Shown here: positions 40,929-50,740 of the stretch, piece by piece | Position numbering within the stretch: position 1 is the first letter of the stretch | How the letters are laid out: every line of letters begins with the position of its first letter | DNA from: a virus | Virus record (IMG/VR): IMGVR_UViG_3300037851_000359 | Coordinates: 64,001-128,000 of that record | DNA: 64,000 bases | Strand: one strand, 5' to 3' | Position numbers and translations under genes: made by a program | The notes under the pieces: generated by a model | Told to the model about the DNA's origin: nothing | The model's input: the letters and a program-made list of their open reading frames with translations, nothing else | The model's database searches: none

Positions 40929-42376
40929 ATTATTGGGTTAAGATAGAAAAAATTAATAACATTAACGCAATATTAAAAACTAATTATCCTTCATTAATAG
41001 AAATGTTATATAATTATTTATCAGCATATGCTAATAACTATAAATTTATGCCAAAATATAAAATGAAAATTTGGGATGGTAAAATTTATTTTTTTAATAA
41101 AATGGGGGTATTTCCTATTGGACTGTTAAAATATGTTTATAAATTTTTAGAGTCAGAACCAAATTTATCAATTGAAATTGACCCACTGTTATTAAAAACC
41201 GAAGATTCATTTGAAGATTTTGAAGATATAACGGAATTGTGGCTTAATAAAGAAATAATACCAAGACCCTATCAAATAGATGGAGCATTAAAAGGATTAA
41301 TTTACAAAAGATGCACCTTAGAACATGCTACAGCATCCGGCAAATCGTTAACCATTGCAATGATAATTATGTATCATTACATTAAAAAACTTCATCAAAA
41401 ATTTGTTGTTCTTGTTCCAAATGTAAGTTTAGTACACCAAATGTTTAATGACTTTATATCATATGGGGTTCCTACTGATATTATCGGAAAGTTTTATGAA
41501 GAACAACGTGATACTGATAAATGTATTACTATTTCAACTTGGCAATCCTTGCAAGATTTTCCAGATTTCGCAAAAAATTTCGATTTTTTTATATGCGATG
41601 AAGTTCATCAAATAAAAGGAAATACTGTTAAAACTGTAGCTAATAGCATAATTAATGCAGATTATAGAATCGGTTTAACTGGATCAATGCCTGACAATAA
41701 AGCGGATTGTTGGTCAATTGAAGGCGCAATCGGAACCGTTGTCGATATTGTAAAATTAAAACAATTACAAGAAGGTAAATATATATCAGATATTGTTATC
41801 AATATTATTTATTTACTCCATAAGCAAGATATTCTGGACAAATTAAAATTAGTTACGGATTTCAAATTAGAACAAGATTTTCTTGAACAATATCAACCAA
41901 GAAATAAAGTTATTAAATTTATCACGGAAAAACATATTCAAAAAAATCATAATGTATTGGTGTTAGCAGAACATAAAGACCATATTAAAGAACTTTATAA
42001 TTTAATATCACAAATAAAAGATGCACAAGTATTTGTAGTTACTGGAGATATGGATTCAATAGAACGAGAAAAAACAAGACAATATGTTAATAATAATAAA
42101 AATTGTGTAATAATTGCAACTCTTGGTGTATTTTCTACTGGTATTTCAATTAATAGACTACATACAGTTATTTTTACCGTTATAGGAAAATCAAAAATAA
42201 GAATTTTGCAATCAATTGGTCGCGGATTAAGATTGCATAAAGAAAAAAAACATCTTTTCTTGTATGATATTGCTGATGACACCCATTTTTCTAAAACACA
42301 TCTTAAAGAAAGAATTAAATTATACATAAATGCGGAGTTTGATATTAAAACCACAGAAATTAATTTGGATAAATAA
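40925..42376 (+). CDS. uvsW: SF2 DNA helicase UvsW
   Basis: WDGKI, PRPYQ, ATASGKS, DEVH, GLTGS, FSTGISI, QSIGRGLR. Confidence 0.93.
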   Translation: MNYWVKIEKINNINAILKTNYPSLIEMLYNYLSAYANNYKFMPKYKMKIWDGKIYFFNKMGVFPIGLLKYVYKFLESEPNLSIEIDPLLLKTEDSFEDFEDITELWLNKEIIPRPYQIDGALKGLIYKRCTLEHATASGKSLTIAMIIMYHYIKKLHQKFVVLVPNVSLVHQMFNDFISYGVPTDIIGKFYEEQRDTDKCITISTWQSLQDFPDFAKNFDFFICDEVHQIKGNTVKTVANSIINADYRIGLTGSMPDNKADCWSIEGAIGTVVDIVKLKQLQEGKYISDIVINIIYLLHKQDILDKLKLVTDFKLEQDFLEQYQPRNKVIKFITEKHIQKNHNVLVLAEHKDHIKELYNLISQIKDAQVFVVTGDMDSIEREKTRQYVNNNKNCVIIATLGVFSTGISINRLHTVIFTVIGKSKIRILQSIGRGLRLHKEKKHLFLYDIADDTHFSKTHLKERIKLYINAEFDIKTTEINLDK

Positions 42377-42378
42377 AC

Positions 42379-44283
42379 ATGGCAATTTTTAAAAATACAA
42401 CCAATTCTAATATATATGTTTCTATTAATGGAACTAGAAAAGAAATAGCACCAGGAAAAACGGTATACGGACCAGATTCATTATCATCTATTCAAGGATT
42501 AACTCTCTTAAATACAGCAAAACCAACAAAAATTTTAGGACCAATTAATCAAAATTTATCAGTTGCTAATCCAAAGTCTCCAGATAATTTAAATAATCTA
42601 ATTTCAAATTATAAATCTTCTCAGCAATCAAACTTTTCCCAACAAATAAATGAAACTATTGATTATTTAACAAAAATAAAAAATATTGGTCATAATCCTT
42701 CAGTGTCTATCGCAATATTAACAAAAGATAAATATGATCTTATTAAAAATTGTATTTTTTCAATTATCGAAAAAGTTAAATATCGTCCAATAACAATTTG
42801 TGTGTGTGATACAGGATCTTCAGAACAAAAAGTTCTTGACTTATATAAATCATTACCAGAAACATTATCACATAATAATATTTCATATAAATTTATTCAG
42901 TTACCATATTATCAATTTAGTGAAAATTATAATACTATTTCAGAATATATTGATACCGATTATTTTTTAATACAAAATAATGATACCGTTGCAATTAATG
43001 ATTATATTACCGAAATGATGAATATTGCTATGATTCCCCACGTTGGATCTGTTGGATGTAGAATGTTTTATCCAGATGGAAGAATACAACATGACGGTCA
43101 ATTTATATTTCAGCCAAATGGTTTTCATATGACTGCGACAGCAGGGCATCTTAACCTTACTGTTAGACCTGATCAATTACCAAATAAAGAACATGAAATA
43201 AAATTAGTGGATGGTAATACTGCCGCAGGATGCTTAATAAGAACAGAAGATTACAAAAAACTTAAAGGATTTGATACTAAATTTAAAGATATTTTTCAAG
43301 ATGTTGATTTAATGATTAGAATACCACAAGTATTAAATAAATTTAATTATTGTAATAGACAATCTCATATTATTCATTTAGATAATGCTTCAAGAGTTGC
43401 AAATAGTAAAATTGATCCTAAAAGATTGCAACAAATGAGAGAAGATACATTATATTTAAAACATAAATGCGATACATTTAATTGGAAAAAGAAAATTCCT
43501 GAACAAGTAGATTTTAGTATTATTACAACAGTTTATAATTTAGATAATTATAAAGATTTATTAAAATCTTTAGAAAATCAAAATGGAAATCATACTATTG
43601 AAATTATTCCAATTCCAAATTTTTATAACCATTTCGATAATATGTATAAAGCTCTTAATTGTGGAATTGAAGTAAGTAATGGAAAACAATTAATATTTGC
43701 ACATGATGATATTGTGGTATCACCAGAATTTTTAAATCAAATTAAATATAATATACAATTATTAAATAATGCTAATATACAATATGGAGTATTGGGACCA
43801 GCAGGAGTATTATTAGATCAACATAAATTTTCATATTATTTATTAGATGAGAATTTAAACAAAATTGAAATCCCTGGAAATAATATTAATAATACTTCTT
43901 TAAATGAAGTTCATTCTTTAGATGAAATGTGTCTTATAATTAATAAATATTCAGGATTAAAATTTAATGATAGACAATTATCTGGATTCCATTTTTATGG
44001 AATAAATTTATGTCTTAATGCTAAATTACATGGATTGAGAAATTATTCAATTAATTGTTTTTGTCATCATAAATCAGATGGTAATAAAAATTTAAATTCT
44101 AAAGAAAAATTTGAATCATTTGTAGACCAAGCCTTAAAATTTACACATTTTGCAAAAAATATTGGAGTTACCAATTGGAGGTCTACTACGACACATTGTA
44201 CAAAAGGACATTTAGTTATTTATGCTATTCCTCCTATTATTAAAGAATCTCTTAATAAAGATACCTTGGTTATAAAAATATAG
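42379..44283 (+). CDS. Double GT2-family glycosyltransferase
   Basis: VSIAILT..DTGS..NNDT..QDVDL domain, then FSIIT..NCG..HDD..FHFYG domain. Confidence 0.85.
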   Translation: MAIFKNTTNSNIYVSINGTRKEIAPGKTVYGPDSLSSIQGLTLLNTAKPTKILGPINQNLSVANPKSPDNLNNLISNYKSSQQSNFSQQINETIDYLTKIKNIGHNPSVSIAILTKDKYDLIKNCIFSIIEKVKYRPITICVCDTGSSEQKVLDLYKSLPETLSHNNISYKFIQLPYYQFSENYNTISEYIDTDYFLIQNNDTVAINDYITEMMNIAMIPHVGSVGCRMFYPDGRIQHDGQFIFQPNGFHMTATAGHLNLTVRPDQLPNKEHEIKLVDGNTAAGCLIRTEDYKKLKGFDTKFKDIFQDVDLMIRIPQVLNKFNYCNRQSHIIHLDNASRVANSKIDPKRLQQMREDTLYLKHKCDTFNWKKKIPEQVDFSIITTVYNLDNYKDLLKSLENQNGNHTIEIIPIPNFYNHFDNMYKALNCGIEVSNGKQLIFAHDDIVVSPEFLNQIKYNIQLLNNANIQYGVLGPAGVLLDQHKFSYYLLDENLNKIEIPGNNINNTSLNEVHSLDEMCLIINKYSGLKFNDRQLSGFHFYGINLCLNAKLHGLRNYSINCFCHHKSDGNKNLNSKEKFESFVDQALKFTHFAKNIGVTNWRSTTTHCTKGHLVIYAIPPIIKESLNKDTLVIKI

Positions 44284-44311
44284 TTGATTTTTTAAAAAGG
44301 TTCGCTATAAT
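44284..44311 (+). promoter_or_regulatory. Sigma70-type promoter driving a non-coding transcript
   Basis: TTGATT-N16-TATAAT with no sizeable downstream ORF. Confidence 0.65.
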
Positions 44312-44317
44312 CAAAAA

Positions 44318-44610
44318 AGACCTTGATGCTTAGGTCTATAAAGTCAGCATCAAACCCTTTTTTATAGGCATTCCTCTTGACGCTTATAAAAATTGTACAA
44401 GGTAGGTTTCCTAATTCCTTCCTTAGTGTGTTAAACACTTAAAATAGTCTGGAAGCAGGATTAAGAATATTAGGAGGGGGCTATAAGAGTTACTAATTAT
44501 CTCTTATAGTTTTAGCGTCTACAGTCCAGGTGCAATTCCTTGGCAGGGGATAGACGACAAATTAGAAAACTTATTATTTTTATACCCTCATTTGGGGGTT
44601 AGGGGGGTAT
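44318..44610 (+). ncRNA. Candidate structured ncRNA (~290 nt), family unassigned
   Basis: Stems 44323-30/44346-53, 44359-69/44382-92, 44403-16/44560-73 (closing a multiloop), 44481-89/44501-09, 44516-21/44551-56 enclosing T-loop-like GGTGCAATTCC, and 44582-89/44603-10; more GC-rich than its flanks. Confidence 0.55.
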
Positions 44611-44617
44611 TGTTTAT

Positions 44618-44775
44618 ATTATTGAAATTATTATTAATTATTGAAATTATTATTAATTATTGAAATTATTATTAATTATTGAAATTATTATTAATTATTG
44701 AAATTATTATTAATTATTGAAATTATTATTAATTATTGAAATTATTATTAATTATTGAAATTATTATTAATTATT
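44618..44775. repeat. Perfect 19-bp tandem repeat x8 (ATTATTGAAATTATTATTA) plus a partial copy
   Basis: The single G recurs at 44624, 44643, ... 44757 (period 19). Confidence 0.95.
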
Positions 44776-44778
44776 TCT

Positions 44779-44857
44779 TAAAAATAAAATATTTAAATAA
44801 CTTATGTAAAAATAAAATATTTAAATAACTTATGTAAAAATAAAATATTTAAATAAC
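44779..44857. repeat. 28-bp tandem repeat, ~2.8 copies (TAAAAATAAAATATTTAAATAACTTATG)
   Basis: C recurs at 44801, 44829 and 44857. Confidence 0.9.
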
Positions 44858-44878
44858 AACACTAAAATTAAGTTATAG

Positions 44879-44953
44879 GTCAAGGCGAAGAACGAAGTCG
44901 TAGCCTTGACAAGGTTTTTGGTAATGAAGCGTAGCGCAATGGACAAAAACCTT
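44879..44953. other. Two adjacent hairpins with GNA-triloop motifs
   Basis: GTCAAGGC/GCCTTGAC (44879-44910) enclosing ACGAAGT; AAGGTTTTTG/CAAAAACCTT (44911-44953) enclosing GCGTAGC. Confidence 0.75.
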
Positions 44954-44982
44954 AAACTATTGAAAATAAAACATTTAAAGTA

Positions 44983-45558
44983 TCAAAAACTTCTTTTAGC
45001 AACAGAACCAACAGCAATTCCACCAAAAGTTCCAGTATTGACATGAGATAACTTTATATCTTTAAAGGTTTCAGATTCCCAAGTTTTTCTTTCTTTAATA
45101 TTAATTGGATTGATTTCATTTTGATTAAATATAAGAATATTTTCAAACCATGGAATTTCATTAAAATAATTTTTTAATATTTGAATTGAGTTATTATCAA
45201 TAATTCCATTATTAGATAATATTAATTTATCATTTCCTTTTTTATTTCCATTTGGATGTGGAATCTGATTGGCATTATCTTTAATTTTAATAATTCCAAT
45301 TAATTTTAAATCTTTTGAATATTTAGAATTAGGTTCTATTATGAAATCCCATCCCATATTATCTGCGGGATTGATACAATTTGGAAATTCCCCATAATCA
45401 AATGGAATAACATTTGGATTATTCCATTTTTTAGTACTTCCTTTATATTCTTGAATATTTATTTCAGGCATTTTAGAATTACATTGTTCGATAATTTCAT
45501 TTAAATTATAGAATCTTTTTATTGATTCAGTTAAAAAATATTGTTTAAATGTTTTCAT
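44983..45558 (-). CDS. Divergent family I inorganic pyrophosphatase-like protein with a T4-like capsid-targeting N-terminus
   Basis: IPFDYGEFP..PADNMGWDFII..GIIKIKD..NDKLI resembles the sPPase signature; starts MKTFKQYFLTES. Confidence 0.55.
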   Translation of the reverse strand: MKTFKQYFLTESIKRFYNLNEIIEQCNSKMPEINIQEYKGSTKKWNNPNVIPFDYGEFPNCINPADNMGWDFIIEPNSKYSKDLKLIGIIKIKDNANQIPHPNGNKKGNDKLILSNNGIIDNNSIQILKNYFNEIPWFENILIFNQNEINPINIKERKTWESETFKDIKLSHVNTGTFGGIAVGSVAKRSF

Positions 45559-46570
45559 TATTTTTTACCTTTTTAACAAATATTCTCATGTCTTTATATA
45601 ATTGTTCTAAATCAAAATATAATTCATTCATTTCTTTTGTTGCATCTTCAATAGATTCAATAAATTCGTCATATGTTTGTTCTGGTAATCTCTCTGGATA
45701 TATATCATAATTATCTTGTGGTATTTTATCATATATTTTTTTATAATCATCATATAATTCAGGATCGTTTTTAATAATTTTAAAATTATTATTAATAAAA
45801 TTCTCAACTTTTTCAAATAATTCTGATAATTCATCATAAGCCTGCATTAATTCATTTGTATATTCTTCAGATTCTTGTTCTTGTTCTCGTTTAAATTGAA
45901 TATCATGATCCCTTGTATTTATTTCTAACATTTCATCATTATTATGTTGTGCATAATAATCATTTATAGTATCAATTATTTCTTTTATTTCATTTAAATC
46001 ATTTTGCGAATCAAATTCACCAATTGATATTGATTCCCATTTAATATTTTTTAATTTAACAAATGATTCATCCCAATCTTTTTCACCTTTTCTTCTTTGT
46101 AGAGCATTTGGAATTTTTATGAATGAATTTTTATATGGTTCAATAGTTGAATAAATATCAACATCGAAATAATATTCTAATTTTCCATAACCTTTTAATA
46201 TAATAGCATTTTTATAATCCCATATAGTATTTAGAGATACAGATATTTCTTGATTATCTACATTATTTTCATATGGAAACAATAGATACGATAATACTTT
46301 TTCGAGATCATTTATTCTATTTAATGAAATCATATGCATAATTTCTGGAAATTTTCCAGTTTTTAATTTTGATTCTTTATTTTTTATTTGAGCATCATTA
46401 TATGCTTTGATCATTTTTTGTTTTATGTCATTTTTTGATAATACTGATGAATCTTTATTAACATTTATAGTTGTTTTTACTCTTTTTCGTAAATCTTTCT
46501 TTGATTCTTCTTGAAAAATATTCTTTAATCTCGTATCAAATGATTCAAAAATTTTTTGGAGGTTTTTCAT
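45545..46570 (-). CDS. Late protein with a putative ADP-ribosyltransferase-like domain
   Basis: MHMIS..QEISVS..ILKGYG..FDVDIYS..WDESFV; paralogous core to 54018..55307; TATAAATA 6 nt before ATG. Confidence 0.45.
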   Translation of the reverse strand: MKNLQKIFESFDTRLKNIFQEESKKDLRKRVKTTINVNKDSSVLSKNDIKQKMIKAYNDAQIKNKESKLKTGKFPEIMHMISLNRINDLEKVLSYLLFPYENNVDNQEISVSLNTIWDYKNAIILKGYGKLEYYFDVDIYSTIEPYKNSFIKIPNALQRRKGEKDWDESFVKLKNIKWESISIGEFDSQNDLNEIKEIIDTINDYYAQHNNDEMLEINTRDHDIQFKREQEQESEEYTNELMQAYDELSELFEKVENFINNNFKIIKNDPELYDDYKKIYDKIPQDNYDIYPERLPEQTYDEFIESIEDATKEMNELYFDLEQLYKDMRIFVKKVKNNENI

Positions 46571-46606
46571 AATAGTTATTTATATTATTTTGATTATTTT
46601 TGCCTA

Positions 46607-46634
46607 TTGCAATAAATAAAAATCGTCCTATAAT
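46607..46634 (+). promoter_or_regulatory. Sigma70-type promoter upstream of nrdJ
   Basis: TTGCAA-N16-TATAAT. Confidence 0.6.
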
Positions 46635-46735
46635 AAAAAACTATGTCAAAAATCACTAAAAATAAAAATCATTCAAAACTAATCTAAAACAAACATAAAT
46701 AAACTCACCACCATTTTTTAAAAAAAGGATAACTA

Positions 46736-49700
46736 ATGGGTTATACAAGAGACGAAGCTATACAAGCGTCAACCAAATACTTTAATGGCGATGAATTGGC
46801 CGCAAAAGTATTCGTTGATAAATATTCACTCAAAAATAATAATGATGAATATTTAGAATTAACTCCTGATGATATGCATAAACGTCTTGCTAAAGAATTT
46901 GCAAGAATTGAACAAAAATACCCCAACCCATTGTCAGAACAAGAAATATATCATTTTTTCAAAAATTTTAAATATATTGTTCCTCAAGGTTCGCCAATGT
47001 CAGCTATTGGAAATAATCATTTTATTCAATCTACTTCAAATTGTTTTGTTTTGGAATCCCCAAGTGATTCATATGGTGGAATTTTGAAAACCGATCAAGA
47101 ACAAGCACAATTAATGAAGCGGCGTGGTGGTGTTGGTTTTGATATTTCAACTATTCGACCAAAAGGATTGCCCACAAAAAATGCCGCTAAAACAACGGAT
47201 GGTATTGCTCTATTTATGGAACGATTTAGCAATACAACCCGTGAAGTTGCCCAAGGAGGTCGGCGTGGTGCCTTATTAATGTCAATATCTGTTCATCACC
47301 CAGAAATTGAAACTTTTATTAATATTAAAAAAGATAAAACAAAGGTTACTGGTGCAAATATTTCAGTTAAAGTTACTGATGAATTTATGAATGCGGTTAA
47401 AAATAATTCAGATTATGAACAACGCTGGCCAATTAATTCAAAAAATCCTTCAATAATTAAAAAAGAAAATGCTAAAAAAATATGGGATATGTTAATATCT
47501 GCTGCTTGGGAAAGTGCGGAACCTGGAATTCTATTTTGGGATACTGCTCAAAAATATACCCCATCAGATATTTATAAAGATTTTGGGTTTGAATCGGTTT
47601 CGACAAATCCTTGTTTAGTTGGAGATACTAAAGTTTATGTTGCTGATGGAAGAGGCGAAGTTGCTATTAAAGAACTTGCTGAAATTGGAAATGATGTTGA
47701 TGTATTTTGTTACGATAATAATGGAAAAATAGTAATTCGAAAAATGAGAAATCCAAGAATCACTGGATATGATCAAAAAATATTTAAAGTTACTTTTGAT
47801 GATGGAAATTCCATTGAATGTACCGAAAATCATAAATTGAGAATGATTGATGGTACTTACAAAGAAATTAAAAATATTCAAATTGGGGAACAAGTTGGTA
47901 TTATAACTAAATATGAAGAATCCATAAATAACACTATCACTAAAACGCCAAAAAATGGTAAAGATTATTATTGGTTAAAAAATGGAAATAATACTATATG
48001 TGAGCATCGACTTATTGCAAGTCATAATAACGGAAACAATTTAGATTATAATATGGTAGTTCATCATAAAGATTATAATACAAAAAACAATTGCCCAGAC
48101 AATTTACAGATAATGTCAAAAAAAGAGCATGATTTACTTCATGCTCAGGATATGATTGGTGATAATAATCCAATGAGAAGAGCAAAAACTGAATGGTCTG
48201 CGGAAAAATGGGAACAATATTCAAAAAATATGTCAGCATCAGTTTCCGGCAAAAAAAATGGACGATATTGTGGAAAAGATAATAATGAATTAAAGAGACA
48301 TGCTATTATACTAACTAAATTATTGAATAGAAGATTTACTTATATGGAATGGAATGAATATGCGGAAAAAAATAATTTACCAAAAAATTTCTCAAAATAC
48401 AGAAAACAAGAATTTGGAAATGTAATAGAATTTTCTAAAATGGCTGCCAAAGAGTGCGGTATTGAATATATAGATGAAGATCCTCGACTTGTAACAACTC
48501 TTAACAAAGCTATTGAACAAGGGTATGAATCTATAATAGAAAATAATGAAGTATTAGTTAAACGTATTTGTGAAAGTTGCAAGACTGAATATTTTATTAA
48601 TTATAGTCAGCGGGAATCCGCGTATTGTTCTCCGAAATGTGTTAAAGGAAATAATGCTTTTATTACTCTTAATAATGATCCTAAATTTCAAGAAAATCGA
48701 CAAAGAAAAGTACGGGAATCATATTCAGAAAAAATGAAAAATATAAAAAGAAAACAGTTAGATTTGTACACAAAACTTAAATTTGAAATGGGTGAAGAAC
48801 CATTATTAAAAGATTTTTATAAAAAATGTCAGGAAATAAATCTTTCATGTAGATTCAAAACAAAATTTGGATTTGCATCATATAAAGAATTACAACAAGA
48901 AGCATCATTACATAATCATCGAATTTCAAAAATTGAATACCTTAGAAATGATACAGTTTACAATGGCACTGTAGATGAATATCATAATTTTTTCATAGGT
49001 GGATTTGAAGGCATCCACACAAACGGAAAACGTAAGTCTTGTTATATCAATAATTTGAATTGCGGTGAGATAGTTTTGTCAAACGCGGATTCTTGCCGCT
49101 TAATTTCTATGAATCTTTTAAATTTTGTTGATAATCCTTTTACTGAAAAGGCTTTATATAATTTTAAGAATTTTTCTGATGCTGTTAATATTGCTCAACG
49201 ATTAATGGATGATATGATTGATCTTGAATTAGAAAAAGTTAATTTAATAATCAATAAAATAAAATCAGATCCAGAATCAGAAGATGTTAAAAGCATTGAA
49301 TTAAAATTATGGGAAAATATTAAAAATGCTTGTCAAAATGGTCGTCGTACTGGTCTTGGTATAACTGCTCTAGGAGACACTATTGCTGCTCTTGGGGTAA
49401 AATATGGTTCAGAAGAATCAATAAAAATAACAGAAGAAATATATAAAACTTTAGCAATAAATTCTTATAAATCATCAATTATTATGGCAAAAGAACGGGG
49501 ATCATTCCCAATTTGGAATTTAGAATTAGAAAAAAAACATCCATTCTTAGATCGTATTTTAAATGAATTAGATGCTGATACTATTAAAATATATAAACAA
49601 TATGGCCGTAGAAATATTGCAAATACAACAACTGCTCCGACTGGATCAGTTTCTATTATGACACAAACCACATCAGGAATTGAGCCTGCATTCCTGGTTA

Positions 49701-50641
49701 AATATACCAGACGGAAAAAGATTTCTGAAAATGAAAAACATATTAAACCAGACTTTGTTGACGCAATGGGTGATAAATGGCAAGAGTTTGAAGTATATCA
49801 TCATCAATTTAAAAAATGGATGGAAATAACTGGAAAAAATAAAATCGAAGAATCCCCTTATCATAACGCAATGTCAAATGATATTAATTGGGTTAATGGG
49901 GTTAAAATTCAATCGGTTGCTCAAAAATGGATAGATCATTCAATAAGTAAAACATGTTGTCTTCCAAATAGTGTAACTAAAGAACAAGTTGCAGAAGTCT
50001 ATATGGCTGCTTGGGAACATAAATGCAAAGGATTTACTGTTTATCGTGACGGTTGCAGGGATGGGGTTCTTGTATCAACTACTAAAAAAGAAACTTCAAA
50101 TAAAATTTTAAAAACCAATGCTCCAAAACGTCCTAAAGAATTACCTTGTGATATTCATCATGTTAAAATTGTTAAAAAATTAGATAAGATTCGTTCATTA
50201 GAATATATTGTTATTGTTGGATTATTAAATGATGATCCTTATGAAATTTTTGTCTTTGAAAATAGTGCTTTGGATAAAAAATATACTAATGCAATTCTTG
50301 TTAAAAAATCAAGAGGAAAATATTCTATAAAGTTGGACGAAAACGTTGAAATTGAAGATATTATGAAGAATCAAACTGAAGAAGAGGAAATGATTACGAG
50401 GCTTGCTTCTACTGCTTTACGGCATGGTACTGATATTTCATTCTTAGTTCATCAATTAGAAAAAGTTAAAGGTGATCATATTGGATCATTTACTAAAGTT
50501 ATGGGTAGAACCCTCAAGAAATATATTAAAGATGGTACTAAAATATCTGGAAGTAAATGCCCCGAATGCGGACAAGAATCATTAATTCGTGAAAATGGTT
50601 GCACTATTTGTAAAAATTGTGGCAATTCTAAATGCGGTTAG
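46736..50641 (+). CDS. nrdJ: Class II (B12-dependent) ribonucleotide reductase with an intein
   Basis: PQGSP, SNCFV, RGGVG, GRRGALL, EPG, TNP|C...N|CGEI, RRTGLG, TAPTGS, SISKT, KGFTVYRDG, C-terminal Zn ribbon. Confidence 0.92.
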   Translation: MGYTRDEAIQASTKYFNGDELAAKVFVDKYSLKNNNDEYLELTPDDMHKRLAKEFARIEQKYPNPLSEQEIYHFFKNFKYIVPQGSPMSAIGNNHFIQSTSNCFVLESPSDSYGGILKTDQEQAQLMKRRGGVGFDISTIRPKGLPTKNAAKTTDGIALFMERFSNTTREVAQGGRRGALLMSISVHHPEIETFINIKKDKTKVTGANISVKVTDEFMNAVKNNSDYEQRWPINSKNPSIIKKENAKKIWDMLISAAWESAEPGILFWDTAQKYTPSDIYKDFGFESVSTNPCLVGDTKVYVADGRGEVAIKELAEIGNDVDVFCYDNNGKIVIRKMRNPRITGYDQKIFKVTFDDGNSIECTENHKLRMIDGTYKEIKNIQIGEQVGIITKYEESINNTITKTPKNGKDYYWLKNGNNTICEHRLIASHNNGNNLDYNMVVHHKDYNTKNNCPDNLQIMSKKEHDLLHAQDMIGDNNPMRRAKTEWSAEKWEQYSKNMSASVSGKKNGRYCGKDNNELKRHAIILTKLLNRRFTYMEWNEYAEKNNLPKNFSKYRKQEFGNVIEFSKMAAKECGIEYIDEDPRLVTTLNKAIEQGYESIIENNEVLVKRICESCKTEYFINYSQRESAYCSPKCVKGNNAFITLNNDPKFQENRQRKVRESYSEKMKNIKRKQLDLYTKLKFEMGEEPLLKDFYKKCQEINLSCRFKTKFGFASYKELQQEASLHNHRISKIEYLRNDTVYNGTVDEYHNFFIGGFEGIHTNGKRKSCYINNLNCGEIVLSNADSCRLISMNLLNFVDNPFTEKALYNFKNFSDAVNIAQRLMDDMIDLELEKVNLIINKIKSDPESEDVKSIELKLWENIKNACQNGRRTGLGITALGDTIAALGVKYGSEESIKITEEIYKTLAINSYKSSIIMAKERGSFPIWNLELEKKHPFLDRILNELDADTIKIYKQYGRRNIANTTTAPTGSVSIMTQTTSGIEPAFLVKYTRRKKISENEKHIKPDFVDAMGDKWQEFEVYHHQFKKWMEITGKNKIEESPYHNAMSNDINWVNGVKIQSVAQKWIDHSISKTCCLPNSVTKEQVAEVYMAAWEHKCKGFTVYRDGCRDGVLVSTTKKETSNKILKTNAPKRPKELPCDIHHVKIVKKLDKIRSLEYIVIVGLLNDDPYEIFVFENSALDKKYTNAILVKKSRGKYSIKLDENVEIEDIMKNQTEEEEMITRLASTALRHGTDISFLVHQLEKVKGDHIGSFTKVMGRTLKKYIKDGTKISGSKCPECGQESLIRENGCTICKNCGNSKCG
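47612..49060 (+). mobile_element. Cis intein (483 aa) with an HNH endonuclease at the RNR NPCGE active site
   Basis: CLVGDT start, TENH block B, EHRLIA..VHHKDYNTKNNCPDNL HNH, VYNGTVDEYHNF block F, ends NLN|C. Confidence 0.92.
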
Positions 50642-50662
50642 GATAATTTTTAACGATTTCAT

Positions 50663-50700
50663 ATACCCTACGGTCAATTGATCGTAGGGTATTATTTTTA
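50663..50700 (+). terminator. Rho-independent terminator after nrdJ
   Basis: ATACCCTACG/CGTAGGGTAT stem followed by a T-rich tract. Confidence 0.8.
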
Positions 50701-50704
50701 ACAA

Positions 50705-50733
50705 TTGACAATAATAGTATATTATTGTATAAT
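50705..50733 (+). promoter_or_regulatory. Consensus sigma70 promoter (leaderless gp46)
   Basis: TTGACA-N17-TATAAT-N7-ATG. Confidence 0.75.
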
Positions 50734-50740
50734 ACTGCCT

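Noticed and set aside
44516-44556. tRNA gene
   Set aside because: Only a T-arm-like hairpin; no D-arm, anticodon arm or acceptor stem with correct spacing.
44618-44857. CRISPR array
   Set aside because: Repeats are head-to-tail with no unique spacers, and no cas genes are present.
50705-50740. TTG start for gp46 in the ORF track
   Set aside because: That TTG is the -35 box TTGACA; ATG 50741 fits the family N-terminus.
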